Source: Chlamydiales bacterium | GTDB lineage: Bacteria; Chlamydiota; Chlamydiia; Chlamydiales; JAAKFR01 | NCBI GenBank assembly: GCA_022601535.1 | Contig: JAJACK010000001.1 | Coordinates: 724,893-788,892, forward strand | DNA length: 64,000 nucleotides | Direction: 5' to 3' | In this document: positions 50,181-59,680 of the stretch, in pieces | Layout: each line of letters opens with the position of its first letter | How positions within the stretch are numbered: the first letter of the stretch is position 1 | The notes under the pieces: generated by a model | What the model was told of the DNA's origin: nothing | Seen by the model: only the letters and a program-made list of their open reading frames with translations | The model's database searches: none | Translations under genes and position numbers: made by a program

Positions 50181-52001
50181 ATGGCGGATATGGAAAATAA
50201 ATCAGATTTTTTAACAATGTTCAACGCAGTTCCAGCTTTGGTCTTACTCTTAGACTCTCAAGGAAATATTATCTCTATCAGTCAAAAGGTCATTGATTTT
50301 TTAGGATATACGTTAGAAGAAGTGCTTGGGAAAAACTTGAGCAGCTTGTTTTCAGGAGATGATAAAGGTTATAGCTTTGAAAAAATAGTGGGGAATAACC
50401 AGCAAAATCAGCAGTACAGTTGTTCGGATAAAAAGGGCAACAATAAGCTTGTAAAGATGGAATTGTCTTCAATTGAATTAGAAGGAGAGGGGCGGTTTAT
50501 TGCGTCACTTTCCACTGCTGATGAACCTTTTGAGGATAAGTTAACATTTGTCAAAATACTCAACGCGGCGCCAAATGCAATGGTATTGGTCGATGAGAAA
50601 GGGGAGATTGTTTTTGCAAATGACAAGCTAGAAGAGCTTTTTGGCTATACAAAAGAAGAGATGATTGGCAAAAAGGTTGAAGTTCTCCTCCCCGAAAATA
50701 TTCGAGAGAAGCATGTTGGATTGAGAGATGCATATATTTCTCAAAATCCAACCACACGGATGATGGGAGAAGGGAGAGAGCTTTTTGGGAAAAGTAAAAC
50801 AGGAAAACAGATTCCAGTAGAAATTGGGCTTGGCCCGACAACCATCAATGATAAGCCTTATGTCATTGCAACAATCGTAGATATCACTGAGCGTAAGCAG
50901 CGGCAAGAACTTTTTCAAAAAGCAATTGAAGCTTCTCCAACAGCGATGTTGATGGTCAATCAAAGTGGAGTTATTGTGTTTAGCAATGCAAGGGTGACAC
51001 AGATGTTTGGTTACGATCGTTCAGAGCTTATTGGACAACCAATTGAAATGCTTCTTCCCGAGAGCTTAAAGAAAAAACATGTTGGATTAAGAGATGGTTA
51101 CATTGCACGGCCAGAGCCACGTCAAATGGGGATGGGGCGAGATCTTTTTGGAATACATAAGTTTGGATACGATGTTCCAGTTGAAATTGGCTTGAACCCG
51201 CTAAAAATCGGTGATGAAATGCATGTGATTGCGGGAATTATAGATATTTCCCAACGAAAACAGCAAAATCAAAAAATAGACTCGATGATCAAAGAGTTAG
51301 AACGTTCGAATAAAGAGTTAGAAGAGTTTGCTTATGTCGCTTCTCACGATCTCCAAGAGCCGATTCGGAAAGTTCAATCTTTTGGAGATCTTTTACTCAA
51401 AGAGTATGGAGATAGGCTTGACGGTGAAGCAAAAGAGTATATAAAACATATGAGCAGTTCGATTTTAAGGATGCGTAGATTGATCAATGATCTTCTTGCC
51501 TTTTCTCGTTTATCAACACAGACAAAGGAATTTACCTCTACAGACCTCAATTTAGTGCTCACCAATGTGTTGTCTGATTTAGAAGAGAAAATCAAAACAG
51601 CACACGCAGAGATCGAAGCAGATCAATTGATCACAATTGATGCGGATGAAACACAGATGCATCAACTCTTCCAAAACTTCATAACCAATGCACTCAAATT
51701 TCATAAGGCCGATGTAAATCCAGTGATAAAAATTCGTGGCCGTGTCGAAGATGAATATTACGTGATCGACTTTAAAGATAATGGGATTGGCTTTGAAATG
51801 GAGTTTGTGAAAAAAATATTTACGATTTTTCAACGCCTCAATTCAAAAGAAGCGTACGAAGGGACTGGGATTGGCCTTGCCATGTGTAAAAAAATTGTTG
51901 AGAGACATGAAGGGCAAATTACAGTATTGAGTGAAGTGGGTGAGGGAATAATCTTTACCTTGAAATTGCCGATCAAACAAAGAGCTGAAAACAACTCTTA
52001 A
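50181..52001 (+). CDS. triple-PAS sensor histidine kinase
   Basis: Three PAS-like repeats, each ending ...GK/GR.LFG..K.G..[IV]PVEIGL. H-box ASHDLQEPIRKV. N/G boxes NFITNALKF, DNGIGF and GTGIGLAMCKKIVERHEG. Confidence 0.9.
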   Translation: MADMENKSDFLTMFNAVPALVLLLDSQGNIISISQKVIDFLGYTLEEVLGKNLSSLFSGDDKGYSFEKIVGNNQQNQQYSCSDKKGNNKLVKMELSSIELEGEGRFIASLSTADEPFEDKLTFVKILNAAPNAMVLVDEKGEIVFANDKLEELFGYTKEEMIGKKVEVLLPENIREKHVGLRDAYISQNPTTRMMGEGRELFGKSKTGKQIPVEIGLGPTTINDKPYVIATIVDITERKQRQELFQKAIEASPTAMLMVNQSGVIVFSNARVTQMFGYDRSELIGQPIEMLLPESLKKKHVGLRDGYIARPEPRQMGMGRDLFGIHKFGYDVPVEIGLNPLKIGDEMHVIAGIIDISQRKQQNQKIDSMIKELERSNKELEEFAYVASHDLQEPIRKVQSFGDLLLKEYGDRLDGEAKEYIKHMSSSILRMRRLINDLLAFSRLSTQTKEFTSTDLNLVLTNVLSDLEEKIKTAHAEIEADQLITIDADETQMHQLFQNFITNALKFHKADVNPVIKIRGRVEDEYYVIDFKDNGIGFEMEFVKKIFTIFQRLNSKEAYEGTGIGLAMCKKIVERHEGQITVLSEVGEGIIFTLKLPIKQRAENNS

Positions 52002-52088
52002 ACATTTAGAATCTTTTTTCCAATAGCATCAAAGTCTCTAATCCCGTTATGCTTTCTCAATATTTCTATTTAAACAAGTGAGTGCTCT

Positions 52089-53183
52089 ATGGTTTGTCAA
52101 CACTTTACTGTTTGCGGAGGGTGTCGGTTCCAAAATATGGAATACGACGATCAACTCGAACAAAAAGAACAACTTGTCCGTGAGTTGTTTGGAGATGTAA
52201 AGCCGATTATTGGATGTGAAAGTCCTTGGCATTGGCGGAATAAGATGGAATTTTCTTTCTCCCAAAATAAAGCAGGAGATCGATTCTTAGGATTGATGAT
52301 GCGAGGAAAGCGAGGACGCGTTGTCACACTCGACGAGTGTTTATTGACAAGCCACTGGTTTGTCAATACGTTAAAAGATGTGCTCGCATGGTGGGAAGAG
52401 ACCGAGTTAGAAGCGTATTTCCCTCCAGCAAACCGGGGAGAGCTTCGCACCCTCATGTTGCGAGAAGGGATTCAAACAGGGGAAAAAATGGTCGTCTTGG
52501 GGGTGATGGGAGACGCTGAAATCGAAGGGTTTGAAGAGGCTGTTGGTGAAGTTGAATCCGTGATGATCCGGAGGCAGTATGCACAAAAAGGAGTTCCAAC
52601 CCGATTTGAGGAAGAGCTCATTTTCGGGCGTGACCACATCTTTGAAGAGCTTTTTGACTACCGTTTTAAGGTGAGGGCAGCCTCTTTTTTTCAACCAAAT
52701 ACGAAGCAAGCAGAGATCCTTTACGAAACAGCTCTAGCTGAGCTCGAAGAGGTTGATCTCCTCTTAGACCTCTACTGCGGGATTGGCTCAATTGGGATTG
52801 TGGCCTCTGAGAAGGCGAAGAGAGTGATTGGAGTAGAAATTGTTCCCGAGGCAGTGGAGGCTGCAAGAGAAAATGTCGCCCTCAATGGGGTCAATATGGA
52901 GATTATTGAGGGGGATGTTGAGAAGTGTTTAGAGGAGATTGGGTCGCCTGATTGTGTCATTTTAGACCCTCCGCGCTGTGGTCTTTCCAAAAAATGTGTT
53001 GAAAAAGTCCTCTCTCTAGGGGCTAAAAAAATTATTTACATTTCATGTAATCCAAAGTCTCAAAAAAAGAATATAGACCAAATGGAGGGGTACCGAGTGG
53101 AATGGGTGCAGCCAGTAGACCAATTTCCTCATACAGCCCATATTGAGAATATCGTTTGCCTAGAGAGAGATTTTTTGATATAA
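52089..53183 (+). CDS. 23S rRNA (uracil-C5)-methyltransferase, RlmD/RumA family (no TRAM domain)
   Basis: N-terminal Fe-S cysteines CQHFTVCGGCRFQ. SAM-binding LLDLYCGIGSIG. The DPPRCG motif and the catalytic ISCNP. Confidence 0.85.
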   Translation: MVCQHFTVCGGCRFQNMEYDDQLEQKEQLVRELFGDVKPIIGCESPWHWRNKMEFSFSQNKAGDRFLGLMMRGKRGRVVTLDECLLTSHWFVNTLKDVLAWWEETELEAYFPPANRGELRTLMLREGIQTGEKMVVLGVMGDAEIEGFEEAVGEVESVMIRRQYAQKGVPTRFEEELIFGRDHIFEELFDYRFKVRAASFFQPNTKQAEILYETALAELEEVDLLLDLYCGIGSIGIVASEKAKRVIGVEIVPEAVEAARENVALNGVNMEIIEGDVEKCLEEIGSPDCVILDPPRCGLSKKCVEKVLSLGAKKIIYISCNPKSQKKNIDQMEGYRVEWVQPVDQFPHTAHIENIVCLERDFLI

Positions 53184-53214
53184 TATATATAGTTCTTAAC
53201 CAGAGGTTATTATT

Positions 53215-53604
53215 ATGAAGAATATTCTTTCAAAATTTTTATTGCTGCCTATAGCCTTTTTCTCTGCATCGCCTCTTATGGCAGATGAAGGGGGAGCTAG
53301 ATCTGGATCGATGATGCAAACATTGATTATGATCGGTATTGCAATTGTCTTTTTCTATTTCATTCTATGGCGTCCAGAAAACAAGCGTCGTAAGGCTCTT
53401 GAACAGAAGCGAAGCGGAATGAAAAAAGGGGACAAAGTAACAGCGATGGGAATCATCGGTGTCATTGATAGTGTCAAAGAAACGACAGTTGTTCTCAAGA
53501 TGATTGACGGCTCAAAGGTTGAATTTGTCAAAGCGGCAGTTTCAGAAGTCGCTCAAGAAGAAGTTAAAGAGGCCAAAAAAGAGGCCAAAGAAGCAACTTC
53601 TTAA
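53215..53604 (+). CDS. yajC: preprotein translocase subunit YajC
   Basis: IMIGIAIVFFYFILWRPENKRRK...KGDKVTAMGIIGVI is the YajC core, with an N-terminal signal-like extension. Confidence 0.85.
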   Translation: MKNILSKFLLLPIAFFSASPLMADEGGARSGSMMQTLIMIGIAIVFFYFILWRPENKRRKALEQKRSGMKKGDKVTAMGIIGVIDSVKETTVVLKMIDGSKVEFVKAAVSEVAQEEVKEAKKEAKEATS

Positions 53605-55364
53605 TTCATGAGTTTCTCGAGGAGCTCAGTGCTTCGTGTGACGAAGTCATTGAGTTTCTCGGGGGCCATCTCTTTTTGTGATAAACAGGTTAAATCGTAC
53701 ACTTGCTGAACCATCTCTTCAGCTAACTTCGGGTCCTTACTTTGAATTCCAAAGATTGCATTGATCAACTTGTTGTTGGTATTGACGACAAAAGTTGGTT
53801 TTAAGAAGGCGTGTGAAACAGCAGCATTTTGGTACGCCATTTGGTCACGCATCCGTCGCTCTTCTTCTTTCATCATCAACAACGCTGGCAGAGAGCTGCT
53901 TGAAAGGCTTTTTGCTTCCACTTCAAGGTCGAGTTGCTTACTAAAGAGTTGAGCAATTTTCCCAGCCTCTGTTTTTCCTTCACTATCGAGAAGTTTTTTC
54001 TCTTTTTCTGGGTCTAAGATTGTTTCATCGAGGTGAGCATCGATCCGCTTGAATTTAGCTTCTGTCTTCATCTCTAGAAATTGAATCATCGCTGTCTCAA
54101 TGGGAGTTGAGCGGACGACAAGCACTTCACGCTCTTTGTATAGCTCTAGAAGGTGAGACTTGTTTGCAGGAGCGTAGTAGACCGTCTTATCTTGGTGTCG
54201 CTCGATATACTCTTCAAGCGTAGTCCACTCTTCTTTATTGTTTTTCCAAACAAGAAGGGGTTTGATTCGTTCATAGAATTTGTCATCTTGAAGCACTCCA
54301 AATTTGACGATGAGTTCGATATCTTCCCAATATTCGAGGAATTTTTCTCGCTCAGAGTTGTAAAGTGTTGAGAGCTTATCGGAGATTTTTTTAGAGATAT
54401 GGGTTCCTAGTTGCCTCACCGTGCGGTCCATCTGCAGATAGCTGCGAGAAACGTTGAGGGGGATATCAGGGGAGTCGATCGCACCACGTAAAATCATCAA
54501 ATAATCGGGAAGGAGATCTTTACAGTTGTCCGAGACAAATACCCGATTGCAGTAGAGCTGCATTGCCTCTTTTTTAAGGTCGCTCTCTTGAGAAACTTTG
54601 GGGAAGTAGAGGATTCCTTTGAGGTTAAATGGATAATCGATGTTGAGATGGATCCAAAAGAGGGGAGGAAGGTCTGTTGGGAACAATTTCTGGTAGAAAT
54701 CGAGATACTCTTTATCGGTACACTCTGAAGGAGCTTTAAGCCAAAGGGGAGGGGTTTCATTCACTTGAGATCCATTGAGGTAGATGGCGTGAGGGAGGAA
54801 AGAGCAATACCTGTGGAGAATTTGGCGTAGTTTTGTTGGGTTTAAAAATTCCACCTCTTCGTCAGAAAGAGAGAGAATGATGTCTGTTCCACGGCTTTCT
54901 CGCTCTCCTTTCTCAATCGTGTAGGTAGATGAACCGTCACATTTCCAGTAAACAGCTTCTCCCTCATCTGATTTGGTTTGAATTTCAACCAATTTTGCAA
55001 CCATGTAAGAGGAGTAGAAGCCAAGACCAAAGTGGCCGATCACTTGATCACCCTCTTTCTCGGTTTGGTATTTTTTGATAAATTCTTCGGCACCTGAGAA
55101 GGCGATTTGCGCAATGTAGTTTTCAACTTCATCGCTATTCATCCCAATTCCATTATCTGAAAAGGTCAACGTTTTTTTCTCTTCGTCAATCTTAAGGTCG
55201 ATCCGGTAGTCATCCTCTTTTCCAGAGAGTCGCTTCTGTTTATAGATGGCATCGCATGCGTTGGAGATCAACTCGCGGATAAAAATATCTTTATCAGAAT
55301 AGAGCCACTTTTTGATGATGGGTAAAATATTTTCACTATGGATCTTTAACTTACCTTCGGCCAT
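53601..55364 (-). CDS. htpG: molecular chaperone HtpG (Hsp90)
   Basis: LYSDKDIFIRELISNACDA and GHFGLGFYSSYMVA are Hsp90 ATPase-domain signatures. 587 aa. Confidence 0.95.
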   Translation of the reverse strand: MAEGKLKIHSENILPIIKKWLYSDKDIFIRELISNACDAIYKQKRLSGKEDDYRIDLKIDEEKKTLTFSDNGIGMNSDEVENYIAQIAFSGAEEFIKKYQTEKEGDQVIGHFGLGFYSSYMVAKLVEIQTKSDEGEAVYWKCDGSSTYTIEKGERESRGTDIILSLSDEEVEFLNPTKLRQILHRYCSFLPHAIYLNGSQVNETPPLWLKAPSECTDKEYLDFYQKLFPTDLPPLFWIHLNIDYPFNLKGILYFPKVSQESDLKKEAMQLYCNRVFVSDNCKDLLPDYLMILRGAIDSPDIPLNVSRSYLQMDRTVRQLGTHISKKISDKLSTLYNSEREKFLEYWEDIELIVKFGVLQDDKFYERIKPLLVWKNNKEEWTTLEEYIERHQDKTVYYAPANKSHLLELYKEREVLVVRSTPIETAMIQFLEMKTEAKFKRIDAHLDETILDPEKEKKLLDSEGKTEAGKIAQLFSKQLDLEVEAKSLSSSSLPALLMMKEEERRMRDQMAYQNAAVSHAFLKPTFVVNTNNKLINAIFGIQSKDPKLAEEMVQQVYDLTCLSQKEMAPEKLNDFVTRSTELLEKLMN

Positions 55365-55467
55365 ATCTCTTCTCCTTATATTTGGGAAACATAATACCCA
55401 ATTTTATTCTCTCGATCAATCATAATCTTTCCTTGGAAATAAAATTTATATATGCTAGAAAGCGGTC

Positions 55468-56763
55468 ATGCTCATAGCGCAATTTCTTGAAGGTATGGCC
55501 GTTACTCTCATCGCAATCATTGCATTTGTAGTGATAGGCTTATTCCTCACGCTTCTAATCCTCTACACTCAAAAAAAGCTTGTTCGTACCGCTCCTTGTC
55601 GCATTCGAATCAACAAAGAGGAGGATTTGACGAAAACTGTTGCAGGGGGGCAAACACTTCTTGCAGCTCTTTCCAATGAGGGGATTCCAGTTCCCTCCCC
55701 TTGTGGAGGGAAAGCGACATGCAAACAGTGTCGCCTACAAATCCTCGACGGTGCAGGAGATCCTCTTGAAACCGATAAAGCGACCTTTAATAAGAAAGAG
55801 CTAACAGAAGGGTGGCGTCTTTCGTGCCAATTCAAGGTGAAACACGACCTTGAAGTGCATGTAGAGGAGCGATTTTTAGAAGTGAAAGAGTGGAAAGCGA
55901 AGGTCGTGAGCAATGACAATGTCGCAACCTTTATCAAAGAGCTGGTTGTTGAATTGCCTGAAGGAGAAGAAGTCCCTTATAAATCAGGAGGGTATCTCCA
56001 ATTCCATGTTCCCCCTTTCAAAACAAATACGGCAGAGTGGAAAAAAACGATGGATCCCAAGTTTTATGCAGATTGGGAAGCATTTGGATTGTTTAATAGA
56101 GAGATCGATTTTTCCCATTTAGGTGTTGGAGAGGTGATTCGAGCCTACTCAATGGCGTCGTATCCTGCGGAGGGGAGGTTGTTGAGGTTTAATATTCGGA
56201 TTGCAACCCCTCCATTTATCAAAGGAGAACTTATTGAAAAAATTCCTTGGGGGATTTGCTCTACCTACACCTTTGGCCTCAAGCCAGGTGACGAAGTGCA
56301 ACTCTCAGGCCCTTATGGTGAATCATTTATGATTCAAGATGCCCGCCCACTTGTCTTTCTCATCGGAGGGGCAGGCTCTTCATTTGGAAGAAGCCATACA
56401 CTCCACCTTTTCTTGACAGAGAACACAGATCGACAGGTTGATTTTTGGTATGGAGCTCGCTCTTTAAAAGAAAACATCTACCAAGAAGAGTATGAAAAGT
56501 TGGATAGTGCGCACGATAATTTCCGCTACCACCTTGTTCTTTCAGAACCGTTGGATGAGGACAACTGGCCAAAAGACGACCCTTTGAAAACAAACTTTTT
56601 GTTCCGTGCATTTGAAGTGGGTCAGCTCAAAAAAATGGAAGAGCCTGAAGAGTGTCTCTACTATGTTTGTGGTCCTCCTTTGCACAATAGCTCTGTCTTA
56701 AAGCTTCTCGACGATTACGGCGTTCCACGAGAAAATATTGTCCTCGATGATTTTGGTAGCTGA
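55468..56763 (+). CDS. nqrF: Na+-translocating NADH:quinone oxidoreductase subunit F
   Basis: N-terminal TM segment. 2Fe-2S motif CGGKATCKQC...C. FAD motif RAYSMAS. NAD-binding LIGGAGSS. 431 aa. Confidence 0.92.
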   Translation: MLIAQFLEGMAVTLIAIIAFVVIGLFLTLLILYTQKKLVRTAPCRIRINKEEDLTKTVAGGQTLLAALSNEGIPVPSPCGGKATCKQCRLQILDGAGDPLETDKATFNKKELTEGWRLSCQFKVKHDLEVHVEERFLEVKEWKAKVVSNDNVATFIKELVVELPEGEEVPYKSGGYLQFHVPPFKTNTAEWKKTMDPKFYADWEAFGLFNREIDFSHLGVGEVIRAYSMASYPAEGRLLRFNIRIATPPFIKGELIEKIPWGICSTYTFGLKPGDEVQLSGPYGESFMIQDARPLVFLIGGAGSSFGRSHTLHLFLTENTDRQVDFWYGARSLKENIYQEEYEKLDSAHDNFRYHLVLSEPLDEDNWPKDDPLKTNFLFRAFEVGQLKKMEEPEECLYYVCGPPLHNSSVLKLLDDYGVPRENIVLDDFGS

Positions 56764-58397
56764 TGAAACTTGCTCTTGCTCAACTCAATCCAATTATTGG
56801 CGCACTCAAAGAGAACACCGATAAAATCATTGAGATGGTAGAAAAAGCGAGGGAAAAAGGGAGCGACATGGTCCTTTTTTCAGAACTTGTTATTTGTGGC
56901 TATCCTCCTCAAGATCTCCTGTTACTCCCTTCTTTTGAAAAAGAGATGGAAGCTCAATTGGTGCGAATCATCGAAGCTTCTGCTGATATAATTCTGTTTG
57001 TTGGAACAATTCGAAAGAATGTGGGAAAGGGAAAAAAAACATTTTTCAATAGCTGCGCAATCATTGAAGATCAATCTCTTGTGGGGTATCAAGATAAGGC
57101 TCTTCTTCCCGATTACGATGTCTTTTTTGAGAGACGTTATTTCGAACCTGTTGCTGAAAATAAAGTGTGGAAATTTGGAGGAAAACGGGTTGCTGTGACG
57201 ATCTGCGAAGACATTTGGCAAGATGAAGCTTCAAATTACATCTACGACCCAATCAAAGCACTTGGAAAGGAGTCGATCGATCTTGTTGTTAATCTCTCTG
57301 CCTCCCCCTTCTACGCACACCGGATAGATGCAAGGAGGCGGATTTGCCATCGGGTGACAACCCTTTTAAAAGCGCCGATCGCCTACTGCAATCAGGTGGG
57401 AGGAAACGATCAACTCATCTTCGATGGCTATAGCTTTTTTATGGATAGCAAAGGGGAGATCACCCACGCTGCGAAAGGGTTTGCAGAAGACCTCTTGATG
57501 GTCGATTTAGAAGAGAAGCGGCAACCTCTTCCTATGGCTATTCAACCTGTAGCAGATCTCATGTCAGCACTTGTCCTTGGCTTGAGAGATTACTTCAAAA
57601 AACAAGGATTTACAAAAGCGGCTCTCGGTCTTTCAGGAGGGATTGATTCAGCAGTGACAGCGTGTATCGCAGCAGAAGCACTTGGAAAAGAAAATGTATT
57701 GGCCATCGGGATGCCCTCTCGTTTTACATCAGACGAGACAATGGTTGATTCAAAAGAGCTGTCGAAGCGCTTAGGAGTGTCTTATAAGGTGATTTCGATA
57801 GAAGAACCTTTTTCTGCTCTACTCAAGGTTTTAAATCCACATTTCAACGGGAAGAGTCCCGATACAACCGAAGAGAATCTCCAAGCACGTATCCGAGGAT
57901 TGATTCTCATGGCGTTTTCAAACAAGTTTGGGCACATCATCTTGGGGCCTGGAAATAAAAGTGAAATGGCAATGGGATACGCAACCCTCTATGGGGATAT
58001 GTGCGGTGGGATTGGAGTTCTCTCAGATGTGACAAAGCAAGGGGTGTATGAGCTTGCCAATTGGATCAATCGAGACGAAGAGATGATCCCTTCCAATATT
58101 TTGACGAAAGCTCCTACAGCTGAATTGAAGCCGGGACAAAAAGATCAAGATACCCTCCCAGAATATGCGATTGTTGATGCAGTTTTAGAAGATTATATCG
58201 AAGAACATCTCGAACCTGAAGAGATTGCCAAAGAGCGTAACTTTCCACTTGAACTAGTTGAAGAGCTCATCTGTAAAATCCATTTCAATGAGTATAAAAG
58301 AAGGCAAGCGCCTCCAGGGTTGAAGGTGACTAAAAAAGCATTTTCAGCAGGTCGCCACTTTCCCATTGTCCAAAAATGGGTTAAATCTGGGCTTTGA
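56763..58397 (+). CDS. nadE: glutamine-dependent NAD+ synthetase (CN-hydrolase plus PP-loop domains)
   Basis: N-terminal nitrilase-like domain (FSELVICGYPP, VTICEDIW). PP-loop GLSGGIDSAV. 544 aa. Confidence 0.93.
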   Translation: MKLALAQLNPIIGALKENTDKIIEMVEKAREKGSDMVLFSELVICGYPPQDLLLLPSFEKEMEAQLVRIIEASADIILFVGTIRKNVGKGKKTFFNSCAIIEDQSLVGYQDKALLPDYDVFFERRYFEPVAENKVWKFGGKRVAVTICEDIWQDEASNYIYDPIKALGKESIDLVVNLSASPFYAHRIDARRRICHRVTTLLKAPIAYCNQVGGNDQLIFDGYSFFMDSKGEITHAAKGFAEDLLMVDLEEKRQPLPMAIQPVADLMSALVLGLRDYFKKQGFTKAALGLSGGIDSAVTACIAAEALGKENVLAIGMPSRFTSDETMVDSKELSKRLGVSYKVISIEEPFSALLKVLNPHFNGKSPDTTEENLQARIRGLILMAFSNKFGHIILGPGNKSEMAMGYATLYGDMCGGIGVLSDVTKQGVYELANWINRDEEMIPSNILTKAPTAELKPGQKDQDTLPEYAIVDAVLEDYIEEHLEPEEIAKERNFPLELVEELICKIHFNEYKRRQAPPGLKVTKKAFSAGRHFPIVQKWVKSGL

Positions 58398-59532
58398 GTA
58401 AAGTTGCAAGCCGCTTTGCATCAGCGATGCAATTGTTTACACCACTTCCACGAAAACTATTTCCAATATGGTAGTGGTGAGGAGGGAGATTTTTTTCAAA
58501 TGCATCGACCCAGTTGTGGTGTCCGATTTGGTATTGAGGGATCGCTTTAAAAGCTCTGTGGATATGCATTGCATCGGGCTCACTTGTTATTCCCACATAT
58601 TTAGCGACACTCTTCTTTGCAATTTCTTCTAATGTTTCATCGGTTCCATCTTCTTTGATCATCACACAAACACGACTCTTCCCCTCTTGCTCTGGGAAGA
58701 TCATCGAATCCCACGTCATTCCTAAAAAGGGTTCAGGCTCAGTTGAAGGGACAAGAAATCCAAATCCTTTTTTCTCTAAAAGATTATCGTGCCATCCCAT
58801 GCTCACTGTCATAATATCGGCACGAACAGGTGCACAAGGGGTGGTCCAAATAACTATATCACCCTCGATATCATCAACTTGATGATTCAAAATGATTTCT
58901 GCATCTACCTTTTCAGCCAACGCTTTAACAAGTGTTTCCATTCCCCCTTGGAAGGAATATAGAGCCGCTTTACACTTCTCTTTTTTAGAGCGGCCACGGA
59001 TCAATGACCCTTTTGTTTGATCGATTTCCCAAAGAGAAGGGAAGCAGGAGCGAGCGGATAATTGTCGATAATCTCCACCATAAATTCCCCGAGTGAAAGG
59101 GTCGATAAGAGCGGCAGCAAACCGGTGGTTGAAATGGCGGGAAAAGAAGGCTTCAATGGTTTCATCTTCTCGCTTGAGTGGAGATGTGAAGAGGTCTCGC
59201 ATAGCTCCTGAGAGGAGTCCATTTTTCAGGAGATAGCCGATTGAAAAGGGGGTGAGTTTTCCATCGCGGCAAACATACCTTTTTTGAGCCGCTTTACATG
59301 CAGGAAGTAGTGTCAAATCAAGAGAATTACAAAGTGCAACACTCTCTTTTCCAGGGCCGACAGGACGGAAGCCACGTGGCCCTGTTTCAAAGCAAAATCC
59401 CTCTTTATGAATGGTACGGATCCATCCACCGACCCGGTTGCTTTTTTCATAGAGGGTCACTTTCCCCAATTTTTGCAAATACCATGCGGCGGCAAGTCCT
59501 GAGATGCCACCTCCAATAATTTTAATTTCCAT
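58381..59532 (-). CDS. hemY: protoporphyrinogen oxidase (FAD-dependent, HemY type)
   Basis: The start MEIKIIGGGISGLAAAWYL (ATG at 59532) is preferred. The track extension to 59631 is built from the intergenic repeats. About 383 aa amine-oxidase fold. Confidence 0.85.
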   Translation of the reverse strand: MEIKIIGGGISGLAAAWYLQKLGKVTLYEKSNRVGGWIRTIHKEGFCFETGPRGFRPVGPGKESVALCNSLDLTLLPACKAAQKRYVCRDGKLTPFSIGYLLKNGLLSGAMRDLFTSPLKREDETIEAFFSRHFNHRFAAALIDPFTRGIYGGDYRQLSARSCFPSLWEIDQTKGSLIRGRSKKEKCKAALYSFQGGMETLVKALAEKVDAEIILNHQVDDIEGDIVIWTTPCAPVRADIMTVSMGWHDNLLEKKGFGFLVPSTEPEPFLGMTWDSMIFPEQEGKSRVCVMIKEDGTDETLEEIAKKSVAKYVGITSEPDAMHIHRAFKAIPQYQIGHHNWVDAFEKNLPPHHYHIGNSFRGSGVNNCIADAKRLATLLKAQI

Positions 59533-59580
59533 AATGAAGAGAATAATAGGTAAAAGAAAGGATTTGGGCAATATGGAAAA

Positions 59581-59667
59581 ATGGAGTTGAAAACTCCAAA
59601 AATAGAGTAAAAATGGAGTTTCCAACTCCAAAAATCACAAATTAATGGACTTTTTAACTCCATTTTT
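59581..59667. repeat. three 23-bp imperfect palindromes phased exactly 32 bp apart
   Basis: ATGGAGTTgaaaAACTCCAAAAAT (59581), ATGGAGTTtccAACTCCAAAAAT (59613) and ATGGACTTtttAACTCCATTTTT (59645). Each core is GGAGTT-n3/4-AACTCC. Confidence 0.85.
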
Positions 59668-59680
59668 CTATATTTAGGGG

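Noticed and set aside
59533-59663. N-terminal extension of hemY (to 59631) and ORF 59457-59663, both starting MEL...
   Set aside because: These 'MEL' starts are the ATGGAGTT cores of the three intergenic palindromes. The FAD-binding GGGISG motif follows directly after the Met at 59532.
59581-59667. Possible CRISPR array, given regularly spaced repeats.
   Set aside because: There are only three copies. The 23-bp repeats are separated by 9-bp gaps rather than 25-40 bp spacers. No cas genes are nearby. I treated it as a regulatory or element-terminal repeat instead.
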